The position numbers were made by a program, and so were the translations under genes. Below, one piece after another: positions 40,332 through 49,262 of a DNA stretch of 64,000 nt. The notes beneath the pieces are model-generated. The model was not told the origin of the DNA, did no database searches, and worked only from the letters and a program-made list of their open reading frames with translations. Position 1 is the first letter of the stretch. Every line of letters starts with the position of its first letter. Source of the DNA: Collinsella sp. (GTDB taxonomy: Bacteria; Actinomycetota; Coriobacteriia; Coriobacteriales; Coriobacteriaceae); assembly GCA_048205975.1 (NCBI GenBank), contig DBEWTI010000128.1:8115-72114 (forward strand). Direction: 5' to 3'.

Positions 40332-40595
40332 AAGAATACTTGGAAATAATGCTGATAAATGGTAAAGCGATTTAGCAAAAACAGCGTATCCGACCTGCAT
40401 TTTCCTTGTAGTGGTATCTTCATAAGGTAACCACCTTTACCTACCGTTTACCGCCGGTTTTAGCACGTTTACCAAACCGCGCACCCTCTGCTCAAGCCTG
40501 TCCAAAACCCGCCGTATAGTTCCCTCACGGCCCGCATCCGGCGGGTCGATTCGTTACCACGGTCGTGCGCGTAAGCGCATGGAAGGGGAAGTATC

Positions 40596-43346
40596 GTGAG
40601 CGATTGCAAGAGGGTTTACCGTTTTGGAACCGACGCCCAGGGCACCTGTGTCACTGAGGGCGACAAATCCATGAACTTCGTGCTTGGCGGCAAAGGCGCA
40701 AACCTTGCCGAGATGAGCCGCATCGGCCTGCCGGTCCCCGGTGGCTTTACCATTACCTGCCAGACTTGTGTCGAGTACTCCGGTGCCGGTAACGTCTGGC
40801 CCGAGGGCGCACTCGATGAGATCGTTGCCGCCGAGGCCGACCTCGAGGCCCGCTGCGGCAAGAAACTCGGTGACGCCAACGATCCGCTGCTCGTGTCGGT
40901 TCGCTCGGGTGCTCCGTTTTCCATGCCCGGCATGATGGACACGGTCCTTAACCTGGGCCTCAACGACGATTCCGTCCAGGGCCTCATCGCGCAGACGCAG
41001 AACCCGCGTTTTGCCTGGGATAGCTACCGCCGCTTTATCCAGATGTTTTCCAACGTCGTCATGGGCGTCGATGCCGATCTGTTCGAGAACGCCCTGACCC
41101 AGGCGCGTCTGGTCGCCGGCGTCCGCGTCGATTCCGAGCTTTCGGCCGAGGACCTGCAGGAGCTCGTCGAGACTTTCAAGGGCATCTTCTCCGACAACGT
41201 CGAGGCCGCCCTGTACCCCGAGCTCGAGGTCGCGGACGGCAAGCCCGTCTTCCCGCACGATCCGGAGCTCCAGCTGCGCCTTGCTATCCAGGCCGTCTTT
41301 GGCAGCTGGATGAACGAGCGCGCCTGCATCTACCGCAAGCAGCATGGCATTTCCGACGAGCTCGGCACCGCCGTCAACGTCCAGGCCATGGCCTTTGGCA
41401 ACAAGGGGGAGACCTCTGCGACCGGCGTCGCCTTTACGCGCAACCCGGCTGACGGCACCAAGGAGTTCTACGGGGACTTTCTGGTGAACGCCCAGGGCGA
41501 GGACGTTGTCGCCGGCATCCGCAACACCGAGCCCATCGCCGACCTCAAGACCACCCCGGGCCTCGAGTCCGCAGGCGAGGAGCTCGAGCGCGTGTTCCTG
41601 ACGCTCGAGGATCACTATCGCGATATGTGCGATATCGAGTTCACCATCGAGCAGGGCAAGCTCTGGATGCTCCAGACCCGCGTGGGCAAGCGCACCGCCA
41701 CCGCCGCCCTGCGTATCGCCATCGAGATGGTCGAGGAGGGCCTGATCACCCGTGAGGAGGCCGTGAGCCGCATCGACCCCGCACAGCTCGACCAGCTCCT
41801 GCACCCGCAGTTCGACGCCTCCAAGAAGTACGAGGCGCTGGCCAGCGGTCTGAACGCCAGCCCCGGTGCCGCCGTGGGCGAGGTCGTGTTTTCGAGCGAT
41901 GACGCCGTTGCACGTTCCGCCGAGGGGCATAAAGTCATTTTGGTTCGCTGGGAGACCAACCCCGACGACCTGAAGGGCATGGTCGCCGCCGAGGGCATCC
42001 TGACCAGCCACGGTGGCAAGACGAGCCATGCCGCCGTTATCGCCCGCGGCATGGGTACGCCCTGCGTTTGCGGCGTTGAGTGCTTCCACATTGACGCGGC
42101 AGAGAAGGTCGTGCGCATCGAGGGCAGCGACCGCGTGCTGCGCGAGGGCGATGTCATCTCCATCGACGGCACCCAGGGTATCGTCGTCGACGGCGCGGTC
42201 GACCTGGTCTCTGCAGAGCTCACCGGCGACCTGGACACCATCCTGTCCTGGGCCGACGAGATCCGTCTGGACGAGACCGACGGTCACGCCAACCACGTGC
42301 GCGTCAACGCCGACAACCCCGAGGATGCTGCGCTCGCGCTCGAGTTTGGCGCCGAGGCCATCGGTCTGTGCCGCACCGAGCACATGTTCCTGGGCGACCG
42401 CAAGAACATCATCCAGAGCTTTATCCTGTCCGACGATGAGGCTGTGAAGAAGCAGGCCCTGGCCGATCTGCTCAAGGTTCAGACCGAGGACTTCCTGGCG
42501 ATGTTCAAGACCATGTCCGGCCGTGATGTGGTCGTTCGCCTGCTCGATCCGCCGCTGCATGAGTTCCTGGATGATCCTCGCGAGCTCGAGGTCGCCATCA
42601 CTAAGAAGGAAGCCGCTGGCGCCAGCGAGGAAGAGCTTGCCGCCCTGCGTGCCCGCCTGCGTCGTATCGACGGCATGGTCGAGTCCAACCCGATGCTCGG
42701 CCTGCGTGGTGTGCGCCTGTCCGTCGTCTTTAGCGATCTGCCGCTCATGCAGGTTCGCGCCGTCGCCACGGCTGCTGCCCGCCTTATCAAGGAGGGTGTC
42801 GACCCACGCCCCGAGATCATGGTTCCGCTCGTTTCCGTCACGGCAGAGCATGTCCAGACCCGCGAGGTCATCGAGCGTGTCATCGCCAAGGTTTCCGCCG
42901 AGGAGGGCGTCGAGCTCAACATTCCCGTGGGCACGATGCTCGAGCTGCCGCGCGCCTGCATGGTCGCCGACGAGATCGCCCAGCACGCCGACTTCTTCTG
43001 CTTTGGCACCAACGACCTTACCCAGACGACCTTTGGCTTCTCCCGCGACGATGCCGAGGCCAAGTTCATTCCGCTGTACCTGCACAAGAAGATCTTGAAG
43101 GACAACCCCTTCGAGACCATCGACACGGCGGTTCTCGAGCTCGTGCGCATGGCCGTGGAGAAGGGTCGCGCCACCAATCCCGACATGCACTTTGGCGTGT
43201 GCGGCGAGCACGGCGGCGACCCCAAGTCCATCAAGGGCCTGTTTAACGTGGCCGACGTGGACTACGTGTCCTGCTCGCCCTATCGCGTGCCCCTCGCACG
43301 CCTGGCTGCCGCTCAGGCCAAGCTCGAGGCCAAGCGCAACGCCTAG
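40596..43346 (+). CDS. ppdK: Pyruvate, phosphate dikinase
   Basis: GGKGANL, VSVRSGA, GGKTSHAA (phospho-His), GLCRTEHMF, FGTNDLTQ, CGEHGG. Confidence 0.98.
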   Translation: MSDCKRVYRFGTDAQGTCVTEGDKSMNFVLGGKGANLAEMSRIGLPVPGGFTITCQTCVEYSGAGNVWPEGALDEIVAAEADLEARCGKKLGDANDPLLVSVRSGAPFSMPGMMDTVLNLGLNDDSVQGLIAQTQNPRFAWDSYRRFIQMFSNVVMGVDADLFENALTQARLVAGVRVDSELSAEDLQELVETFKGIFSDNVEAALYPELEVADGKPVFPHDPELQLRLAIQAVFGSWMNERACIYRKQHGISDELGTAVNVQAMAFGNKGETSATGVAFTRNPADGTKEFYGDFLVNAQGEDVVAGIRNTEPIADLKTTPGLESAGEELERVFLTLEDHYRDMCDIEFTIEQGKLWMLQTRVGKRTATAALRIAIEMVEEGLITREEAVSRIDPAQLDQLLHPQFDASKKYEALASGLNASPGAAVGEVVFSSDDAVARSAEGHKVILVRWETNPDDLKGMVAAEGILTSHGGKTSHAAVIARGMGTPCVCGVECFHIDAAEKVVRIEGSDRVLREGDVISIDGTQGIVVDGAVDLVSAELTGDLDTILSWADEIRLDETDGHANHVRVNADNPEDAALALEFGAEAIGLCRTEHMFLGDRKNIIQSFILSDDEAVKKQALADLLKVQTEDFLAMFKTMSGRDVVVRLLDPPLHEFLDDPRELEVAITKKEAAGASEEELAALRARLRRIDGMVESNPMLGLRGVRLSVVFSDLPLMQVRAVATAAARLIKEGVDPRPEIMVPLVSVTAEHVQTREVIERVIAKVSAEEGVELNIPVGTMLELPRACMVADEIAQHADFFCFGTNDLTQTTFGFSRDDAEAKFIPLYLHKKILKDNPFETIDTAVLELVRMAVEKGRATNPDMHFGVCGEHGGDPKSIKGLFNVADVDYVSCSPYRVPLARLAAAQAKLEAKRNA

Positions 43347-43459
43347 CGCCCCGCACATCGACGTCTAGCGTAGTCCCCCTTCATACCGCCCGTCTCATTC
43401 GTGAGGCGGGCGGTTATCATGTGCGGGTTTTGTCTTTTTGTCTGCGTAAAAAATTGTTC

Positions 43460-43487
43460 TTGCAGCAGAAACCCGCGCGTGTATACT
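43460..43487 (+). promoter_or_regulatory. rplS promoter
   Basis: TTGCAG-N16-TATACT. A leader hairpin GTGCCG/CGGCAC follows at about 43510-43532. Confidence 0.55.
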
Positions 43488-43556
43488 CGAATACGTTTGT
43501 TCAACTACGTGCCGGCCAAGGTGGTACGGCACCTCTAGAAGAGTAAGGAATTGCAC

Positions 43557-43898
43557 ATGGATTACATCCGCGCAATCGAGCGTCAGCAGATCCGCGAGGA
43601 CATTCCTCAGGTTCGCGTCGCCGACAACGTCAAGGTTCACTACCGCATTAAGGAAGGCGACCGCGAGCGCATCCAGGTCTTCCAGGGCGACGTCATCCGC
43701 ATGGCCGGCGCCGGTGCCCGCGAGACCTTCACCGTCCGCAAGATGTCCTTCGGTGTCGGTGTTGAGCGTACCTTCCCGCTTCACAGCCCCAAGATCGCCA
43801 AGCTCGAGGTCGTCCGTCATGGTCGCGTCCGTCGCGCCAAGCTGTACTATCTCCGCGACAAGGTGGGCAAGGCTGCTCGCATCCCCGAGAAGCGCTAA
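43557..43898 (+). CDS. rplS: 50S ribosomal protein L19
   Basis: [31 protein letters not shown]. Confidence 0.98.
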   Translation: MDYIRAIERQQIREDIPQVRVADNVKVHYRIKEGDRERIQVFQGDVIRMAGAGARETFTVRKMSFGVGVERTFPLHSPKIAKLEVVRHGRVRRAKLYYLRDKVGKAARIPEKR

Positions 43899-43932
43899 GA
43901 AGATCGCAGCGTCTGTCCACTCGTTTGGACAC

Positions 43933-43962
43933 AAGGGTCACCTTCGGGTGGCCCTTCTTTTT
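43933..43962 (+). terminator. Intrinsic terminator after rplS
   Basis: AAGGGTCACC-TTCG-GGTGGCCCTT plus a T-run. Confidence 0.85.
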
Positions 43963-43991
43963 ATCTGATTTGCATGCAAGGAGGGCCTGGT

Positions 43992-44780
43992 ATGGCCAAC
44001 ATGACGAGCTCGGTTTCGGCATCGCAGGTTGCCGGTGAGTTGGCGAGCGCTACGTTTGAGGAGATTCCCGCCCTCGTGGAGCATTATCGCGAGGACCCGC
44101 GCCAGCAGGTGATCAAGGCTTGTGAACGCGCCCTCAAACGCCATGACAAAGAGCTTGCCGAGCGCGAGCGCGTCAATGACATGTACGAGCTTATGCATGA
44201 GCTTGGTGGCGATGGCGTGGTCGTGGGCGTCGACGAGGTGGGTCGTGGCTCGGTAGCGGGTCCCTTGACCGTGTGTGCCGTCTGTCTTCCTATGGAGCCG
44301 CGCGTCTGGGGTATCAACGATTCCAAAAAGCTCACGCCCGCGCGCCGCGAGTTGCTCTCGGTGAAGATTGCCGAGGTGGCGACGGCAATCGGTTTTTGCC
44401 ATATCGCGCCGAAGGATATCGATGAAATGGGCATGGCCCGTGCTATCCGTACCGCCGTTGCGGGCGCCGTGGCCGATACGGGACTTGAACCCGACTGCGT
44501 CCTCATGGATGGCAACCCCTTGGGCGCCGTTCCCAACGAGCGCGATGTGGTGAAGGGCGATGCCAAAATCGCCTGCATCGCCGCAGCGTCCATCATGGCC
44601 AAGGTCACGCGTGACGAGATGATGGTCGAGTACGACGCCGAGTATCCCGAGTACCATCTGGCCGAGTCGAAGGGCTATGCAAGCCCCGAGCATATCGAGG
44701 CCATTCGCAAACATGGACTTTGTCCACTGCACCGTGTGAGCTTTTGCGGAAACTTTCTGCAGACTGAGCGCCTTTTCTAG
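43992..44780 (+). CDS. rnhB: Ribonuclease HII
   Basis: GVDEVGRG, DSKKL, KGD, IAAASIMAKV.RD. Confidence 0.96.
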   Translation: MANMTSSVSASQVAGELASATFEEIPALVEHYREDPRQQVIKACERALKRHDKELAERERVNDMYELMHELGGDGVVVGVDEVGRGSVAGPLTVCAVCLPMEPRVWGINDSKKLTPARRELLSVKIAEVATAIGFCHIAPKDIDEMGMARAIRTAVAGAVADTGLEPDCVLMDGNPLGAVPNERDVVKGDAKIACIAAASIMAKVTRDEMMVEYDAEYPEYHLAESKGYASPEHIEAIRKHGLCPLHRVSFCGNFLQTERLF

Positions 44781-44828
44781 GTCAATTGTGGAGACAGGGA
44801 CCTCTGGGGTTTTATAAACCTGCTGGTA

Positions 44829-44871
44829 GCGGGCCGTATGCAACACCATTGCTGCATATGGCCCGTTTTTT
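44829..44871 (+). terminator. Intrinsic terminator after rnhB
   Basis: GCGGGCCGTATGCA / TGCATATGGCCCGT plus TTTTT. Confidence 0.75.
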
Positions 44872-44969
44872 GACGGCATTTGGTCAGCTTTTGGTTTGCT
44901 TCCGGTACTTACCCGCACGAAAGGTGCCCTCATCATCGGGGCAATGCAGCGTGCGGGAAAGGAGACCCC

Positions 44970-45455
44970 ATGAGTGCCGCAAGCAAAAAGAGCAAGACGC
45001 AGCAGCTCAAGGAGCGTTGGGAAAACGGCGAGCTCGACTGCGGGGCGATGACGCCTGAGTTTATCAAGGGACTCAGTCCCCGCGAGCTGGGCATGCTGGG
45101 CGAGCTGATCACCATCGACTACTTTAACGAGCGCGGCTACACCTTGCTGGAGCAGGGTTATCGTTGCTCCGAGGGCGAGGCCGATCTGGTGCTGCTCGAT
45201 GAGCTCGACGATGTCGTGGTGATGGCCGAGGTCAAGACCAGACGCGTTGCACTGGATTGCAGCACGCGGGTCTTTCCTGAGGAGGCCGTGGACGCCCAAA
45301 AGCAACGCCGCTACCGCCGCATCGCAAGTTGCTATCTCATGGAGCATTATCCGCTCAAGGCGATTCGCTTCGATGCCGTGGGTGTCACCATTCGTGGCGG
45401 GCATATCGCCGAGATCGAGCATCAGTACAACGCGTTCGATTGGCAGGTGTCGTGA
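44970..45455 (+). CDS. yraN: YraN-family (UPF0102) PD-(D/E)XK nuclease
   Basis: LG.LGE, GEADLV, EVKTR, IRFD. ATG at 44970 after AAGGAG. Confidence 0.88.
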   Translation: MSAASKKSKTQQLKERWENGELDCGAMTPEFIKGLSPRELGMLGELITIDYFNERGYTLLEQGYRCSEGEADLVLLDELDDVVVMAEVKTRRVALDCSTRVFPEEAVDAQKQRRYRRIASCYLMEHYPLKAIRFDAVGVTIRGGHIAEIEHQYNAFDWQVS

Positions 45456-46978
45456 TGGCGTTCGAGACGTTTGCCGTTCACGCGGCCTGCATCCGCGGCG
45501 TCGAGGCGATTCACGTCACGGTCGAGGTCTCGCTTGCCGGCGGCGTTCCGGGCATTCAGATGCTCGGCATCCCGAGTATGGAGGTGATGGAGTCACGCGG
45601 TCGTATTCGCTGCGCGATGCGCTCCGCCGGGTTCGAGATCCCGCGCTCGGGCATTACGGTCAATCTGGCGCCCGGCGATATTCGCAAGACCGGTAGCGGC
45701 TTTGATCTGCCCATCGCCATCGCGGTATTGGCGGCCGATGGTCAGATTCCCCGCGACAACCTCGATCGTTGTCTTATCGCTGGTGAGCTTGGCTTGGACG
45801 GTACGGTGCTTCCTGTCAAGGGCGAGGTGGCGTTTCAGCTGCTGGCTCGCGACATGGGGCTGTCCTTTATCGCCGGCAGGTCCGATCAGCATGTGCCGCT
45901 TGCGGGCGTGGATTGCGGCTTTATCGATCATCTGTCTCAGCTTGCTCGCGGCATGGGCGATGCCGTGCGTCATTATCTGGATTCCGAGGGTGTTGAGGCG
46001 ACCTTTGAGCCTGAGCTCGACTATGCCGACGTGCTGGGGCAGGAGGTTGCCAAACGCGGCATGGCGCTGGCGGCAGCGGGTGAGCTCGGTTTGCTTATGA
46101 TCGGGTCCCCGGGATCGGGCAAGACGATGCTCGCCCGTCGTATGACCGGCATCCTGCCAGAGCTTTCCGTTGAGGACCAGCAGGAGGCGCTGTGCATCCA
46201 TTCGGTCTTGGGCGAGAACATCGATGGATTATTGGCAGGTCATCGGCCGTTTCGAAGTCCCCATCACAGCATTTCAACGGCTGGCCTCATTGGCGGAGGA
46301 CGCCCGGTGCATCCGGGTGAGATCAGCCTGGCTCATGGCGGCGTGCTCTTTTTGGACGAGCTTGCCGAGTTTCCCACGGGTGTGCTGCAGACGCTGCGTC
46401 AGCCCATCGAGCGCGGCTATGTGAGGATCGTACGCGTCGACGGGGCCTTTACCTTCCCGTCGCGCTTTCAGCTGCTGGCTGCGAGCAATCCCTGCCCCTG
46501 CGGTTTTTTGGGCGATCGCGAGGTACCGTGTCGCTGCTCAGCGGCGATGGTCGAGCGCTATCGGTCTAAACTGCGCGGCCCTTTGGCCGACCGTATCGAC
46601 ATGATGATCGATGTGACCCGTCCCGACCCCCAGGTGATTATCGAGGGAGCGGAGGGCATGTCGTCGGCCGAGTTACGTGACTACGTTGTGCGCGGTCGCG
46701 CCTTTCGCGCCTGGCGCGAGTCCCGTATGGACGATGCGGATGCCGAGGCCGAGGATGACGAGACGCGGTCCATTGACGGCGTCGTATCGACCTTTGAGCT
46801 CGATGATGCGGCGGAGAAGTGTGTGCTCGGCCTGTCGAAGCGCACACATCTCACGGGTCGCGGCATCGTGCGCCTGGTTCGCATTGCGCGTACGATCGCA
46901 GATGTCGCCGAGAGCGAGCAAGTGACGCAGGACCACGTGCTCGAGGCGGCGATGTATCAGGGAAGGAGGGACCAATGA
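45455..46978 (+). CDS. comM: ComM/YifB Mg-chelatase-like AAA+ ATPase
   Basis: VNLAPGD, GSPGSGKT, FRSPHH, GEISLAHGGVLFLDE, NPCPCG, DRID. Confidence 0.93.
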   Translation: MAFETFAVHAACIRGVEAIHVTVEVSLAGGVPGIQMLGIPSMEVMESRGRIRCAMRSAGFEIPRSGITVNLAPGDIRKTGSGFDLPIAIAVLAADGQIPRDNLDRCLIAGELGLDGTVLPVKGEVAFQLLARDMGLSFIAGRSDQHVPLAGVDCGFIDHLSQLARGMGDAVRHYLDSEGVEATFEPELDYADVLGQEVAKRGMALAAAGELGLLMIGSPGSGKTMLARRMTGILPELSVEDQQEALCIHSVLGENIDGLLAGHRPFRSPHHSISTAGLIGGGRPVHPGEISLAHGGVLFLDELAEFPTGVLQTLRQPIERGYVRIVRVDGAFTFPSRFQLLAASNPCPCGFLGDREVPCRCSAAMVERYRSKLRGPLADRIDMMIDVTRPDPQVIIEGAEGMSSAELRDYVVRGRAFRAWRESRMDDADAEAEDDETRSIDGVVSTFELDDAAEKCVLGLSKRTHLTGRGIVRLVRIARTIADVAESEQVTQDHVLEAAMYQGRRDQ

Positions 46979-47910
46979 TGGCCGAGGGGACCTTTGAGCT
47001 GCATCCAGGTGATGCGTTGTATCCCGAGACTGTTTTGGAGCTTTCTGATGTACCCCAGACGCTCTATGTGCGCGGCAACCCCGAGGTGCTTTCGACGCCC
47101 GCGCTCTCCATCATCGGCGCGCGCAAGGCCTCGCCGTATGGTCTTGCCGTGGCAGAGCTTGCGGCAAAGGTGGCGGTCGAGGCGGGGGTGACGGTAGTTT
47201 CGGGCGGCGCGGTCGGTTGCGACCAGGCCTCGGGTTGGGCTGCGGTCAACGCTGGCGGCAAACACGTCGTGGTGCTGGGGACGGGCGCCGACGTGGTCTA
47301 TCCGCGCTCGAGCGCGGGGCTTATTACGCGCACGCTCGATACGGGTGGCGCGGTCGTGTCGATCTCCCCGTGGGGCATGGGTCCTCGCAAGTTTGCCTTT
47401 CCGCGCCGCAATCGCGTGATCGCGGCCCTGTCGCAAGCCCTCTTTGTATCCGAGGCGGGTATGCCTTCCGGGACGTTTTCTACAGCCGAGGCTGCTATGG
47501 ATTTGGGGCGAGAACTTCTTGCCGTACCGGGGTCGATCCTATCGCCCGAGTCGCGTGGCACGAATTACCTCATTGCGAACGGTGCCTGCTGCATCATCGA
47601 CGAGGAATCTATCGAGATGGCTATCTCACGCATCTATGGAACCCTGCGCTACTCGCGCCCCGATGCTCCCGGCATTGCCGACCTGGATTCAACGCAGCAG
47701 ACCGTGATGCATGCGCTCATCGCCTCTCCGCTCAAGGTCGACGACATCGCGGCGCTCGTCTCGCTCGATGCTGTCGGCGTACTCAAACTCTTGGGTTCGC
47801 TTGAGTTCGAGGGTCTTATCGAGCGCATGATGGATGGAAGGTATGCGCCCTCCAAGTTTGCCCTTCACGCCCAGACACCCTTCGGTCACAATGGAAAACG
47901 TGTCAATTAG
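46975..47910 (+). CDS. dprA: DNA-processing protein DprA
   Basis: IIGAR, VVSGGAVGCD, FPRRNRVIAALS, SGT, AVPG, C-terminal winged helix. Confidence 0.94.
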   Translation: MMAEGTFELHPGDALYPETVLELSDVPQTLYVRGNPEVLSTPALSIIGARKASPYGLAVAELAAKVAVEAGVTVVSGGAVGCDQASGWAAVNAGGKHVVVLGTGADVVYPRSSAGLITRTLDTGGAVVSISPWGMGPRKFAFPRRNRVIAALSQALFVSEAGMPSGTFSTAEAAMDLGRELLAVPGSILSPESRGTNYLIANGACCIIDEESIEMAISRIYGTLRYSRPDAPGIADLDSTQQTVMHALIASPLKVDDIAALVSLDAVGVLKLLGSLEFEGLIERMMDGRYAPSKFALHAQTPFGHNGKRVN

Positions 47911-47924
47911 AAAGGTGTTTGCAG

Positions 47925-49262
47925 ATGCAGTTCGATCAGGTGACAGTTATCGGTGGCGGTCTGGCGGGTTCGGAGTGCGCGATCCAGCTGGCAGATCGCG
48001 GGTTTGCCGTAAAGCTGTGCGAGATGCGCCCCCAGGTGAGCTCCCCGGCCCACCATACCGATCACCTGGCAGAGCTCGTCTGCTCCAATTCGTTTAAGTC
48101 GACCCGTCCGGATTCCGCGGCTGGTTTGCTGAAGGCCGAGCTTGAGCGCATGGGTTCAGTTCTGCTCGATTGCGCCCATCGCGCGGCTGTTCCCGCCGGT
48201 GGCGCCTTAGCGGTCGATCGCGTCAAGTTTTCCGAGCTTGTCGAGGCCGAAGTTGCCGCCCGTCCCAATATCGAGGTCGTGCACGGCGAGGTCACGCAGA
48301 TTCCCGAGGGCCACGTGGTCATTGCCGCGGGCCCGCTGTGTTCACCTGCGCTGAGCGAAGAGGTCATGAAGCTCGTCGGTGGCGACGCCCTTGCGTTCTT
48401 CGATGCCGCGGCGCCGATCGTCGATGCCTCCACGCTCGATATGGACGTGCTGTTCTCGCAGTCGCGCTACGAGGAGCAGGGGAGCGGCGACTATCTCAAC
48501 GCTCCGCTCAACAAGGAGGAGTACGAGGCCTTTATCGAGGCGCTTACCACGGCCGACCGCGTGGTGCTCAAGGACTTTGAGGGCGGCGATCTGTTCCAGG
48601 CCTGCCAGCCCGCCGAGGAGGTCGCGCGCACGGGCAAGGATGCCATCCGCTTTGGTGCCATGAAGCCCGTCGGCCTCACCGACCCGCGTACCGGACGTCG
48701 CCCCTGGGCGGCGATTCAGCTGCGTGCCGAGAACAAGGAGAAGACCGCCTATAACCTGGTGGGCTTCCAGACCAACCTGACCTTTGGCGAGCAGAAGCGC
48801 GTCTTCCATATGGTGCCGGGCCTGGAGAACGCTGAGTTCTTCCGCTACGGTGTCATGCACCGCAATACCTTTGTCGACGCCCCGCACGTGCTCGATGGCA
48901 CCTTTGCCGTGCCCGGTACCGGCGTGCGCCTGGCCGGTCAGATCACCGGCACCGAGGGGTACATGGAAGCCGTGGCGACAGGTCTGCTCGCGGCGCTCAA
49001 CACCTATGCCGAGGCTATCGGTGCCTCGGGCGTCGAGTTGCCGCGTGTGGGCGCCCTGGGTGCGCTCGTGGGTTATGCGACCGATCCTGCCACCGTGGGC
49101 TATCAGCCTATGCATGTCAACTTTGGCCTGGTGCCGCCACTCGAGGATGGTAAGCGCCGCAGCAAGCGCGACCGCTACCAGGCCTATGCGGACCGTGCGC
49201 TCGAGGCCCTTGATGCCTATCTGGCCACTCGCCCCGATCTGTTTGGAGGCGACCGGTCATAG
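47925..49262 (+). CDS. trmFO: Folate/FAD-dependent tRNA m5U54 methyltransferase
   Basis: GGGLAGSE, AELVCSNS, VGFQTNL, RYGVMHRNT, AGQITGTEGY. Confidence 0.96.
   Translation: MQFDQVTVIGGGLAGSECAIQLADRGFAVKLCEMRPQVSSPAHHTDHLAELVCSNSFKSTRPDSAAGLLKAELERMGSVLLDCAHRAAVPAGGALAVDRVKFSELVEAEVAARPNIEVVHGEVTQIPEGHVVIAAGPLCSPALSEEVMKLVGGDALAFFDAAAPIVDASTLDMDVLFSQSRYEEQGSGDYLNAPLNKEEYEAFIEALTTADRVVLKDFEGGDLFQACQPAEEVARTGKDAIRFGAMKPVGLTDPRTGRRPWAAIQLRAENKEKTAYNLVGFQTNLTFGEQKRVFHMVPGLENAEFFRYGVMHRNTFVDAPHVLDGTFAVPGTGVRLAGQITGTEGYMEAVATGLLAALNTYAEAIGASGVELPRVGALGALVGYATDPATVGYQPMHVNFGLVPPLEDGKRRSKRDRYQAYADRALEALDAYLATRPDLFGGDRS

Noticed and set aside
40554..43358. 934-aa ORF antisense to ppdK
   Set aside because: Exactly mirrors ppdK. 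Same codon-bias artefact.
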